DNA of 64,000 nucleotides from Amphiscolops sp. MND2022 (Eukaryota): NCBI GenBank assembly GCA_964187785.1, contig OZ076414.1, positions 36,022,001 to 36,086,000 of the forward strand, read 5' to 3'. Shown piece by piece: positions 49,331 to 61,941 of this stretch (position 1 is its first letter; each line of letters starts with the position of its first letter). The notes under the pieces were generated by a model. It saw only the letters and a program-made list of their open reading frames with translations, ran no database searches and was not told where the DNA came from. The position numbers and the translations under genes were made by a program.

Positions 49331-52300
49331 AGAGATCAGAATTATGGGGTTCATTAGGTTCTACAATGTCAGTAGAAGGATCAAGGGAGAGAATGAGGAG
49401 AAAAAGTATTTGAGGAGGAGCAAAAAGAAAAGAACTGAGTGTTTGAAGGTAGAAGTAATGAGAGGAAATTGAAAACTGAGAAATATGTTTGAGGAAGGTG
49501 ACTGTGTTTAAGAAAGTAATGGTTCCGCGAAGAAGACGGAACGGAGGTTTATTACTTACGAAAACATTAAGAATAGTGGCAAAAAAGGGTTAGGGATAGA
49601 ATTAAAATTGACATTGGTATGAGAAGGGATAGGACGAGGTCTTAAAATATGGAATTTAGCAGTGATTTCAAATTTAAATTCACGGTTTGTAGTATCCAAC
49701 CGGTGGAATTCTTTGCGACGATGTTCGTCAGAAGTATGTGTACTGGAGGTTAGTTTATGAGTGGCAAGGTATAAAAATCGTAAAAATCGGGGATCTTGAC
49801 GAGGACTAGTAACATGAGTTTTATTGACAATAGGAGAATTATCAACACGATTATGTGTAGGAGGAGTAGAGTATTGATCAGTGATTAGGTCAATATCGAA
49901 AAAATGAGAGTCGGAAGAAAAAACACTGGTGTTTTGAGAAGTGGGTCTAGAAAAGAGATGACCCACTGTGATGAAAAGAAGAAAGTGAAAGTCATTGGGA
50001 AAAGCCAACGTCAACACCAGAGGTGGGAATGTTGTTACTACAAAAGAGAGATTGAGCGTGGTGGATTACTAAAGAAGAATTGATGCTTGCAAGTGAAGGC
50101 GAGGGAGGAGGAGAAAACAGATGATCATTTCGCAGATTATATCTATGACGAGGGTGACGGGAATAGATTCAGAAGTGGAATCCCAAAGATTATCTAGGGA
50201 GGAAGTGGCGTGTTTAGAAGCAGAATTGAAAGGAGGAAGTCGAGAATAGAGAAGAGAAGAAATAGTAGAATCAACGTCATTTAAAGAACATCTCTCACTG
50301 AGGGTTTCAAAAAATTCGAGAACAGGAATTTTTGAAAATTTAGCAGGGGAAAAGAACGTCCGGGTTCAGAGTGGGAGCGAGGTTTTGGAAGAGGGAGAGA
50401 AGGATCAAATTGTGAGTGCCTGCGGCGGCCTTTGATGGAGGTAAGAAGAAAAGGTCTCTTGGAGATTGAGGTTTGCTTATTTTGCGGAGGAATATGGGGT
50501 CATTATCACTGAGATCAGGGATATCTTTTAAAGAAGGAGGTGGAGAATGAGTTGGAGTGATATCAAAAGGATCTAGTGGGAATTCATTATCAGAAATAGG
50601 GATAGTTAAAACTTTTTGAGTTTGAAGAGCAATAGTAGTGGTTTGTGGAGCTTGAGTAGGAGTTTGAGTTCGTGGGGAATGAGTAGGGGTAGTGTTAAGA
50701 GATTGGATGGTAGGGATTGGATTCAAGGGGGACGATTTAATATGTGAGAAGGGGTTTGGGAAGAGTTAATGGTATCGGTAGAGACCGAAGAGGAAACAGA
50801 GGAGCTTGAGTTGGTAGAACTAGAAGACATAGTGGCAGGAGAACCCAGGATGGAAACAGGGGAAAATGGTAGGAGAAATGATGATCAAAAAGATAGCTGA
50901 AGAGGTTATGTATTGGTATTTTTAAGGAAGTATAGAATTTTGTAATTTTAACGCAAAAGATGACATTAGCCTTATCTTTACCGACTGTTCAGCCCAAATT
51001 TAGAGCAAAATGAACAGAAAGGAAAGAGGAAGATGGCTAATTCAATTAGAGGTGTCAAACGTCAAGCCTAATTAGGTGGCTAGACAGGAGACAATGACAA
51101 GTCATTGGGTAGACGGGATACAATGACAGGTCTGACAAGTGATTCAATTAACGAAAGGGAGAATAGTTTCAAGGTGGGAAACTAATCATAGGTTTCGGGT
51201 ATTGTAGTCTCGAAAAGGAAGCGAGCGTAGAGTATATGGAGAATGAGGAGCTCGAGTATCAGTACGCGAAGTTTTAGCAACGGAAGGAAGATTAAATATA
51301 CATTCAGGCGAGTCAGCAACACGAGGAAATGTTTCTGGAAAGGAGGTGGAATGATAAGTATGATAATGGGGCATTTCAAAGTCGGAGTCAGTAGAAGTAA
51401 AGGAATCATCAAAATTATCATATGAAAGAAGAGAAGGAGTAGGTTTTGATATGTTTGAAGAAGAGTAGAGTTTGCTTTGGTTGGAGCACTGAGTTTGATA
51501 GTAGTGTGCGATTGAACTAGTTCAAAGGGATTGGTATCATCAGGAGGAGGAGAGTTGGAATGAACATCTTGGTAAGGTTCAGTATCTGGATAAGAGAGGG
51601 TGTTGAAAGATATTGACGGAGATATGGGAAATAATTTTATATGGGAGAATATTAAGTTCTTTGGGATATTATGGTAAAATGTGGTTCCTAGTGAGTGTGG
51701 AATGTGGAAGCATCTTGGGTCATAAGTTCATAGGTGACGTCAGAGAGGTGTTGTAAAATTTTATATGGAACCAAACGAAAGGGTTTGAGTTTATTTGAGA
51801 GTTTACCAGGTTTAAAATTAGGGTGTATAACAAAAGTGTTTAGAGAGAGTTGTTTTAAATGTGTGGTTTCAAAGGTAGAATTCTGTGAGTTTAATTTTTT
51901 GTAATATGGCGATGAACAGTAGAATGAATTTCTATCATCGCATGTTCAGCAGAGAGGAGCCATGGAGAGATAGGTTTGGTTATGAGTGAGAGAAAAAATG
52001 GATTGAGACCTTGATAACTATAATGTGTATGAGGAGGAAGAGAATTGCAATATATTGCGATACAAGATTTTATAGGAGACGCGTGTTAGAGCAAGGGAAA
52101 AGGTTAAAGGAATACGAGGATGTGTATGAAAAATACCTGATGTGGGGAAAATGTTAGTTGAGATAGAGGAGTCGTATTATGAGCATGAGCTTACATTTGA
52201 TTTGAAAAGACCAATTCTTCGGAGGACTTTGTCAGAAAAAACAGAGGTGAGTGCCACGATTTCGATTTTGAACTTCGACTAAGATATTTGTCCAAGGGGA

Positions 52301-55300
52301 ATATGGAGTGCGTGGTGAGTGATTATTACTAAATAGAGAACAGAGGTGAGTGAGATTTGGGTTAATATAATCAGTACTTCGATCAGTGACGAGATTTGTG
52401 GGCGGCCAAATTTAGTAATTCAATGATGGAGTAGTGTTTAAAGAGCATATTTAGAGGAAATTTGAGGAGCAGGGTTGGTGACAACCAAATGACTGAAAGC
52501 GTCAATTATGACAAAAATGAAGATTTTCCTTCGGACGAAGGAGAAATAGGTCGTTTAGTGTCCAAAGAGATTCTGTAATTAAAGTGAGTTGCGTTTTCAT
52601 AAAAAGTTTCATAAAAGAGATATTATTAGGTTTATTAGGAAAGTGTTTGTTTATTTGGAATTCAAAACAGCAGCAGCATAGAAGAGTTTAAATGGTAAAC
52701 AGATACGAGTTTGGTTACCAGCAGGTTGAGTTTTGATGAAGATTTCTTCGAAAACGAGAGAATTTGGAGTGTAGTATTGAATGAGTTTTGAATTTGGGTC
52801 AATATATAAATATTGCGAGGGGGTCTTCGTTTATCTTTTAACCATGCATATACAGTAGAAAGGACAGGATCATCCTTTTGAGCTTGAAGAAGAAGAGGTA
52901 TGGTTAAAAAGGCGTCAGAGGTACGAATGAAAATTTCAAAAGCTTTGCAGTGAGCAAAGAAGGAGGGATCAAAAAAAGTTGTGAGTTTGTAGATGTAGAT
53001 TTTTTGGGAGTTTGGAGTATATATAACAGGAGATGACTGAAGTTGATGTGATTTTTGGTGGGGACTTCTTTTAGAAACGAGATCATCATCTTCGTATAAA
53101 TCAGATTCATTTAAAAGAAGACTTTCTCGGGGTGATGTTTTAACTTTATTCCTCATGGGTTTTTTGTTTATAATTAAAAATGATGAAACAGAGTTAAAGG
53201 AGAATGAGTCTAGAGGTGTATACCTAACAGTGTTACCTTTGTCTAAGACACGAAGTGTAAATTGATCTTCACCGTAATCAACTAAGATTGGGTGGGAATC
53301 TTTTTTTTGAGTTGGTACGACATCGCCATGTTTAAGAAGATAGTGGATTTGTTTCAATGAATTATTGGGGGGTTTGAGTCGAATAAAATTAATACGAATA
53401 GGAAGGGTTCTGTGTTGTAATTGACACATTTTGTTAGTAATTTGAGAAACTATCGACTGAGCATATCAGCGACAGTTAGATTTGTTCCAGCTGTATAAAA
53501 AATTCAATGACTTGAGAATTTGGCAAAACTTTTTTGGCTTCATGATGTCTTGAGGTAAAATTTCTTTTGCGGGTAAAGAGGAAAAGGATAGGATTGTGAC
53601 ATGTTAAAACAATGATTGAAACTTAGAGACAATGTTAAGAAATTCATTTGGTGAGAGAACAAAAGGTATAGCACAAAGTTTTCTATCATATGTAGAGAGT
53701 TTTTGTTCTTGGGTGGTTAGAATGCGAGAGTTATTTTGTTATCGGTGTTGGGTTGAAATAATATTGCACCTAGACCAATTAAAGAAGCGTCAACCGTAAA
53801 ATGAAATAGATGAGTGGTATTAGGAATTGCAAGTTCAACATCTTTCGAAAGAGAAGCTTTAATTTAATTAAAGCGTTTGTCTAATTCTGGAGTCCATTCA
53901 GAGGAAGTATTGTCATGACGGAGAGTATAAAATGGTTTAAGAGAGTTGTGAAGTTTGTTTATAAAATTGGAGTAAAATTTCATTGAACCAATGAATCGCA
54001 ATAATTCAGTTATAGAATTGAGAGTTTTCAAATCATCGTGGATATCAACAACTTTGGATGAAATTGGTTTAATAACATTATTGCCAAGTTCAGATCCAAG
54101 AAACTTGACAGTAAAGAGAATATAAATACACTTTTCAGGAGCTATTTTAGGGTTATTGGAGCTACAGATCTGGTGTAATTGCTAAATAAAACCTAATATA
54201 TGAGTTTTGGTATGAGCAAGAAGGAGAATATCATCAAAATCAACAAGTGCAAAGCCTTGATCAAAGAATTCTTGGAAAAATGAGTACATTTGTTTGTTTA
54301 AAAAAAATAGGGAAACCTTTAAGGCTACAGAAACCTCGAATAAACGCAAAGAGTTCATCTCCAGAGGAAAAACTAGTGAAAGAGATGGTTTCTTCACCTA
54401 GAGGGGCATGTGCGAAAGCATAAATGAAGTCAATTGCAGATTTGAACTTTTTTTGCATAAGCAAGTTGAGGAGCCAGATGTTCATTAGGCCAAAATTCAA
54501 AGATTTAGAGTGTTAGATTTTAAATGTCAAACTTCAAGAACAATTTTTCTGTGTCTCCTTTAGGGATTATATTGAGAGGGCGTTCAAAAAGGTGGTACCC
54601 TAAAATGGATTTATCAGAGGGGTTGGAGCCAATTTATTTAATATCATTATGGTGTTCGAGTTCATCGAATAATTTTTCGAGTTCATCTCAAAATTGGATT
54701 GGGATTTTCGTAAGTCGTTGAGTTTGGAGCTTAGCATTTGGTTTGAGGCGGTTTCTAAAACGAGTGGCTATTTTACCAACATCATTATGATGAGTAGCAT
54801 AACAATGTTGATATTCAATCAAAAAGAAGCAAAGTTCTAAAGAGTCGTCATCAGTAACGCCAGAGTATTGAAGTTTGAACTTTCAGAGAAGTTGTTGAAC
54901 ATTTGGAGAATATGGTAAAGATGGAAGTGGACGATTTACAATTTCAGATGGTTGCATTTTATTAATTTCAACTTTATATCTTTTAGGAGACGAACGACGA
55001 AAAGGAGGTTTTTCTTGGGAAAGATCAGGGTAGCATGTATGAAATATGGTGTGTATCAAAGTGTTGAAATCATTAAGTTTATATTATGGTGGTTTAAAAT
55101 TAGTTGCGGGAACTTCATTTTAATCATTGTATACTGGTGATAGGATAGCTGAATTGTGAGTAATATTTTGAATTATGACAGATCAACTGTTGTGTTCGAT
55201 TTCAAGATTTTGATAAACTTGGAGGAAATTGAAGGTGGAGTTGAAGCGAGTATCAAAATATGGATGTGAGGTTGATGGAAATATGATCTCGTTTTCAGCG

Positions 55301-58300
55301 GTGTGAAAGGTGAAAGGCAGAGTATGAAGCGTAAGAGTTACATTGAAAAAAATAGGGACCTCAGTTTTATTAGCTTCTGTGTAAGAGTTTTAACGTGTAA
55401 GATTGTGAAAGTAGACAGATTCAAGACACAGATAGAGGCACTGCTATCTAGCGGGAATAAAAGTTCTAATTTTGAAGGTGCAGAGGTGTCTTCAGGTGGT
55501 TTAAAAATGTACAGATTGACAAACCAAGTAGAAGGAGTGATAGCGTTAGCTTGGTTATTTGAACTTTGAGAACATGAGGAGGTATTTGGATAATACATAT
55601 TTAATTCAAATTTAGGTTCTGTTGAGGAAGAGTGTTGAATATTGGGAACTGGTTGTTGAGTAAGATTGATAGTAGGTTTATATTGGGTGGGAATTTGAAT
55701 AATTCCTCTTGTAAGAGTGAAAGCGGCTTCGGTAGCGATCAGAGCGTGGTTTAGAAGGAGAGCAGTATGGTGATTTATAGCGTCTAAAAGAAGAGTTCTT
55801 ATAGCTAGAAGAGCGTTCATGGGAACGAAGGTAAGATTTATATCGGTTACGAGAGGAGGTTGAATTAATATAAGCGCGAGAATGATAATATGAGCGTGAG
55901 GAGGAGTTTTTGTAAGGTTGATCATATCGAGATCGATTACGATCATAATATCGGGAATGGTTCTGAGAAGAGTGGTTATGGTAACATCCTGGACGAAAAT
56001 TTGAACGAGAATGAGACCGGGATTTATGGCGAGATTCTCGTGAGAATCTTCTATAATGGTTAATTTTGCTACGACTACGATACCGAGGAGTCTGATTGTC
56101 ATATTTATTGGAGGGTGTTTTAAAATGTTGATAAAAAGAAGGGGTAGGTGATTTATATTGGTTTATATTGGTAGGTTTAGATTCTTTTAGCATATTGATT
56201 TTTCAAAACCATGTTGATACAGGATGAATACTTGCATGACAAAAGGAGCAGTATTTTTTAAATTGGGGTTTAGAGTTATTATTAGGATCTACAGCTTGTA
56301 TTTGTAAGTTTTCAGGAGGTTTATCGGTAATAGTGGTAATTAGGTATTTTGGTTGAAGGTATCGGAAAGTTCTTGTATTTTTATTTTTTCGAGTGTAATA
56401 TCCTCGGAATCAACCATATTGACAAGAGCGTGTAAATGAATGGAAGGTTAAAGGGAACTTGAAAAATGTTTAACTTGGCATTTGTTGGCAAAATCGTTGA
56501 GTTTTTTCAGAAGACCACCGGTAATACATTCATTTTATTTAAGATTTATGGTGGAAGGGTATTCATTGTACCAGCATTTTTTGACAAGAGTTCCAACTTT
56601 TAAAGCATGGTATCGAACATTTTCATTGTCTTTTTTAGCGATAGAAAAAGCTTCAAGGTGGGCGTGATTTGCATGCTTTTGAGATTAAAATTATTTTTTG
56701 AAATTTTGGAGAAAAGAAGACCAATCAATTCCATAAACTTGAGGGAGGCGGTCATACTAAATAGAGGCAGTTCCTGTGAGGGAACAGTAAAGGAGAGACA
56801 TACGTGCCAGGTTAAATGAGATTGTATATTAAGGGGTTGAGATCCAAGTTGAAATGTTACACGTGCGCCAAGATGAGCTACGAACTTTTCAAGAGGGTAC
56901 GTATGATCCAAGCTATCAAAATGTTTAATAGGATTTGACATAGCAGCAAAAGGAACTGAAGGAGTCATTTGTAAAACAAGAGGAGGAGGTTTGAAAGTGA
57001 GAGTATAAAAAGGGGGAGTAGATGTTTGAGGCGGGGTAAGGACTAGGAGGTAGATTAGGAAGTTGAAAAGAAGAGTTAGGGAAACTATGGAAGCTAGGAT
57101 GGAGTGATGCACAAGGATCATAAGATGTGGAAGAAGGAGGTAGATTAGTTGTTTGAGGAATTTTCGGAAAAGTAGGCAAGGGAAATGGATGACTCGGATT
57201 AGAGGAAAGATTTGTTGGAAAAGGTGTATTCGAAGAATGAGATTGCGGTTGCGTAGTAATTACAGAGGAAAAAGAAAAAAATGGAGGGAGAGGTTGGTGT
57301 ATTTGAGAAGTTGTTGGTTGAATTAAAATTGTGTTGTTATTCGGTGGTGGGGGAGTGTTTGAAGGAGTATTATATTGGAGTGGGGAATGAGAAGTAGAGG
57401 GTTGAGTAGTGATAGGAGTATTAGAAGGAGGAATAGAATTACAAGGAGGTAAAGGAGGTGGGTTAAGATTAGGAGGAGGATTACCAATAGAGTGTGTGTT
57501 TACTAACACATTAGAATCAGAAGGGATAGTTTGGCGTGAAACTTAAGGAATGGTATACGAAGCAAGCGTTCGAGGAAGGTATGTATAATATAGTCTGACA
57601 GGGGGAGGAAGTTCAAGACTTTTGTTCTTACTATGAGTATCATAAGTGAGAAATTCAAAATGAGTGACGGGGAAGTCACGGAAATCATAAGAGGAAGGGT
57701 CTTGATTTTCAGAGCTGGCGCTAAGAGGAAGGAGTTCATCTTTAGAAAATTGAGAAGGTAAAAAAACAATGAGTATATTTTAATTTGTTCTTTAGTATGA
57801 TTGTTTGAGGTGAGATCTTGAAAGATTTTTTATTGGAAGTGGTGAATTTGAAGAAAATCTGTAACAAGCTAATGATAAAAACAAGCCTTATTCTTCTCCG
57901 AGAGGTTTTTGAGAAAAGTAGTGAAAACATGAGCGATGAAAATGTTAATATTAGAGGAGTAAATGTTTTTACGAAAAGTATTAGTATTGCGAAGAGGAGA
58001 GGTGGAAGGTAAGAGAAAGGAGGTTCATCAGGAGTGGTAGTTAGAGAATGGGAGTCAATGCAATAAAGATAGGAGTCGTGATGTTCACGAACAAGAAAAT
58101 AGTATAAATGATTTCAGGGTAGGTTTCAAAAGAAAGAGGAACAGTGCAGTTATAGATAAAGTTTTTAGGGAATTTTGTTAAAATATGGGTGTTTTCGCGA
58201 GAGAGGCGAGAACGGGAGGGATCGACTTCAAATGGGAGCGGATTCAGAGGAAGAGGCAGCGGATCAGCCATTAGGAATGATGATAAGGGTGGAAAATTAG

Positions 58301-59446
58301 TGAAATTCGATCGAGAAGAATATCATCATCAACACGTTAATCAGAAGGTGGTGGATTATCAAAATGATAAAAGAGTTGTTGTCGTAAGTCGGTATATTAG
58401 GGGACGAGTTTACGGTAGAGAAAAAAAGAGGCAAGAAAGAGATTTAAAGAAATGAACAATAGTTGGAAAATTGTAATGAGTAGGTGTGGATTTAAAAGAA
58501 ATAGAAACATAAATGAGAGGATTAAAATTAGGAGAAGTTTGGTAGAAGAGGAAAGGAGTCAAGAGAAAAGTTTGGTGAAGAGATAGGTTCAAAAGTATAT
58601 GAGTAGTGGTGGGTATGAATTAGAATGATGGAGGGTGAAGAATGTTGAAAGAGATTAGAGTCAGGGGAACCAAAAAGAAATGGGAATTTGATAGGGAAAT
58701 GTGGGAGATTGAAAAGAAAAGGAGGTGTGGGAAAGAGAGTGAGTCAGAAGGATTAGGTTTAAATGAAAAGTGTGATGATTAGTTTTTCAACAAGAAGCAT
58801 AAGAAAAACAAGCATAGCAAAGATGTCTGAGACTGAAAGAATCATTGTAGCAAGGTTTTCGGTTAGAAACATTGATTTAAAAGTGAAAAAGTTATCGAGG
58901 AAGAAAATCAATCATGAAGTTGTCGACGAGGAGAAAACCAATTGCAAGTAGGCCACAAAGATACAATATAATCATTAGTGCACACACGGTGTCATTAGGA
59001 TTAAGCATTGCGAATTCAAGTTACAAATTTATAGAAAAAAGAGGGTAAAATAGGTGTATCGACAAAAGGTCGAATCATGTTAGCACTATGAAGTACCGAC
59101 AAAAGTCGAACCAACATGATTAGTACAAAAGAGTTGGTCAACCAGCGCGTAGCTGTATCACTTTGATGGTGATTAGTACAGAAGAATATGGTTGTACCAG
59201 CTTCGAGGCTGAATCACTTTTTTATTAGTACAGAAGGATTTGATGTACCGACTACGAGGTCGAACCACTTTGAATGTAGAACAGAAGAATTGATGTACCG
59301 ACTTTTATAAGGAATCACTTTTGTTTGTGATTAGTACAGAAGAAGTGAAGACTTTTGTACCGATATGAAAGATATCGAACCATGTATGTGATTAGTACAG
59401 AACTTTTTTTGTAGAGTCGAAAAGTGAAGGAAAGAAAGAGGGTTTT

Positions 59447-59456
59447 GGTCGCACCA
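59447..59456 (-). promoter_or_regulatory. Primer-binding site TGGTGCGACC next to the 5' LTR
   Basis: Plus strand ggtcgcacca, overlapping the terminal base of the LTR end TAACT. Confidence 0.7.
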
Positions 59457-59756
59457 GTTAAAGTACTTATAGTTTTTGGATTGGAAAGTTACCAGATCTT
59501 AGATAGATTATTTCAAAGGAACAGTACTTTAAGGAGACGCTAACAGAGCTGCAGTGTTGGGTCTTAAGCGAAAACAACTTGATTGTGAAGAGTTGGTTTC
59601 GTTGTGTCAAGGTATAAGTCAGATTAATGCTTTACAGTATTGAGTATGGCAGTGAAAACAAATTAGATATAGCTTGATTACAGTATTATTCAGAGTACAT
59701 AAATCTAGTCTAGACATCAAGCAAAGAGGGGGGTGAATGATCGAATATAGATTACA
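59456..59756 (-). repeat. 5' LTR of copy 2 (~300 bp)
   Basis: Minus strand TGTAATCTATATTCGATC...CTTTAACT followed by the PBS; homologous to 36248-36443. Confidence 0.7.
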
Positions 59757-61047
59757 TGTATATCAGTGAAGGATCGAATATAAATTACAGGTATATCATT
59801 GGCAAATCATGATACATGGTATGTTTGTCAAGATAATAGCAAGATCATGGCCAGATAATGGCAAGACATCTGAGCTGCTTCTATTTGTATAAGTTATTCT
59901 TTTCACAAAAATTTCTTGTCGTCTCCATTTTCTGAATAAGTCGTTGTCATAACTTCAGACATAACCTTTTTTATCCAACAAAAGTTTTTTTACACAGGAA
60001 CGTATCCAAAACTTCTCAATAATGTGCCCATATCGACCTAGTTTTGATACTTGAGAGCACGGTATTGTTACTACTATCATAATTTATCATACAAAGCAAA
60101 CTCCAAATCAAGTTATTGCAGCTTGCGTGTTTGTGATATCGGTGTGAGAACCATCTTTTCTAGATCTTTTCTATTTATATGCAGGAATATACATGATACA
60201 TCATGTAATATACATGTATTCAGAAGGCAAAAATGTGTTGTTGAGTTTTCTGGTTTTCCACAAATTGTACAGCTCAATCGAAGGTAGAAGTTTTTGTTAT
60301 GAACAGCACAGCAGTTCATCATTACAAGTATATGATGTGTCGTTCAGCGTGTAGTAGTTAGACAATCTCCGTAAAACTTGCCTAGTGTGCTTTTCCCGCG
60401 CTCTTGCATTCTAGTCGAAACAATTTGATCTTCCCTTTCCTTGTTGAACATGCTTGAACTTTTTACATGTACTTCAATGTTGCCAGCAACTTTTTTAAAT
60501 GATTTTCTTAATATCTTACGGAAACTTTAATGCGTTAATATTTCCTTGTTGTCGCCAACTTTTATCAAGCTGCTTTAAAAAATCATCAAAGTTTTGGCGG
60601 CAATTTCAAGCCGCGAAGTTCTGCAAGTTTCAATATGCATCAGTTCTAATTTTAAATGCAGCTGAGGCGTCAACAATTTTGCCGCCATTTCAAAGCAAAT
60701 TAAATTCATTCACAATGTAAACATCAAACTAGCGTCATCTTCAGCGTCCTATTTGAGAAACGGTGATTAAATCGAATGAGTATTCGAGAAGTCAATGTGT
60801 GAATACAACGTGATTTTTTCCGTAAAAGAAGTGGCAAATATTTTCAAATTTAATTGCAGTAGTGGAAGATGCAGTGTAATTCTACAAAAAATTTACCACC
60901 GGAACCTTACTGAATTTTCTAGGTTTTTAAGGGAAACAAAATTGTCCTCTTTTCTACCAAGCACCTGTGAATCAGGATCACTATTCAAACAACGGACATC
61001 TTTTTACACAATTGGATTGGTGGATTATTTAGTTTCAATATCGAGTT

Positions 61048-61941
61048 TCAAAATATAACTTTTCTAATCGGTTTCTGTTTTTTCATTTTTTCAGCATCAA
61101 AAGTCAAATATGTAGATAAAGTTATGATTCCTTCATTTATCCAATCACGGAAAGCTGAAGCTCTAATAAACACATTGGGAATTTGTGGGTCACACGCAAC
61201 ATCTCCATAAATGTCAATTCCGATAAGACATATGACGTCATCATTCTCATCTTTGTGCACAATTGGACCTCCCGAGTCCCCCATACAAGTGCATCCTGTC
61301 AACTTCCTACTATCGTAGCAAACATGGTTGATAGGATCAACATGTAGATTGTAGAAACGTGGGTTGCCACTTCTGTACATCGAAGTACAGATAGAGTTGT
61401 GAAATAACCGAAGACCTTTCAACACATCCGAATTGTAATGCGGGTACAACTGGATCAACCCCATACCCACAGCATAGCCTACATCAGGGGGAGCGAAAGT
61501 AAGAGATCCAAGTTGCTGCCGAGTACAAGGTCGTAGAATTTTGTTCCCATCCTGGCTCAGGTCCACACTTTCTTGTAGTTCAATAAGAGCAATGTTATAA
61601 GGATTGAATTCGTAACTCAAAAATGTGTCATACGATTCATGGACAATATACCTCTCGCATGCAATACGTGTGGCACTTTTATACCAATCTTTTTTGACAA
61701 AATTACCTTTCACAACTTTAATCTCGGAGACGGAAACTGGTTTCTGGTCATCCCCAAAAAGACAGTGGGCTGCAGTCAGAACTTTGTCATGGTCTACTAA
61801 GGTACCCCCACAAAGCCAGTTGTGAACACAAACTCTGACGTAAGCTCGGATAAGACTAACAGGCCCTCCGCCAACAATCCCCAGAACACCTGCTATGCAT
61901 ATTCGAGTAATAATTACTATTGCTATGAACCGAAGAACCAT
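61048..61941 (-). CDS. Intronless secreted trypsin-family (S1A) serine protease homologue with catalytic Asp replaced by Asn
   Basis: ATG at 61941; signal peptide; IVGG; CGGTLV; LTAAHC; GDSGGP; the expected DIAL motif reads YNIAL. Confidence 0.9.
   Translation of the reverse strand: MVLRFIAIVIITRICIAGVLGIVGGGPVSLIRAYVRVCVHNWLCGGTLVDHDKVLTAAHCLFGDDQKPVSVSEIKVVKGNFVKKDWYKSATRIACERYIVHESYDTFLSYEFNPYNIALIELQESVDLSQDGNKILRPCTRQQLGSLTFAPPDVGYAVGMGLIQLYPHYNSDVLKGLRLFHNSICTSMYRSGNPRFYNLHVDPINHVCYDSRKLTGCTCMGDSGGPIVHKDENDDVICLIGIDIYGDVACDPQIPNVFIRASAFRDWINEGIITLSTYLTFDAEKMKKQKPIRKVIF

Larger units (their letters stand above)
43076..59756 (-). mobile_element. Ty3/gypsy LTR retrotransposon with env, copy 2: at least 16.7 kb, decayed, 3' end lost in the gap
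   Basis: LTR 59456-59756; PBS; gag-like region ~55680-58000; protease PLDSSASI (~55437); RT VDFDDI (~54227-54244); RNase H DASLIG (~53780); integrase (~52250-52450); env (~46900-49330); extra 3' region. Confidence 0.9.

Noticed and set aside
44128-58951. Numerous short plus-strand K/R/E/G-rich ORFs over the gypsy copies
   Set aside because: Antisense shadows of the G-poor coding strand
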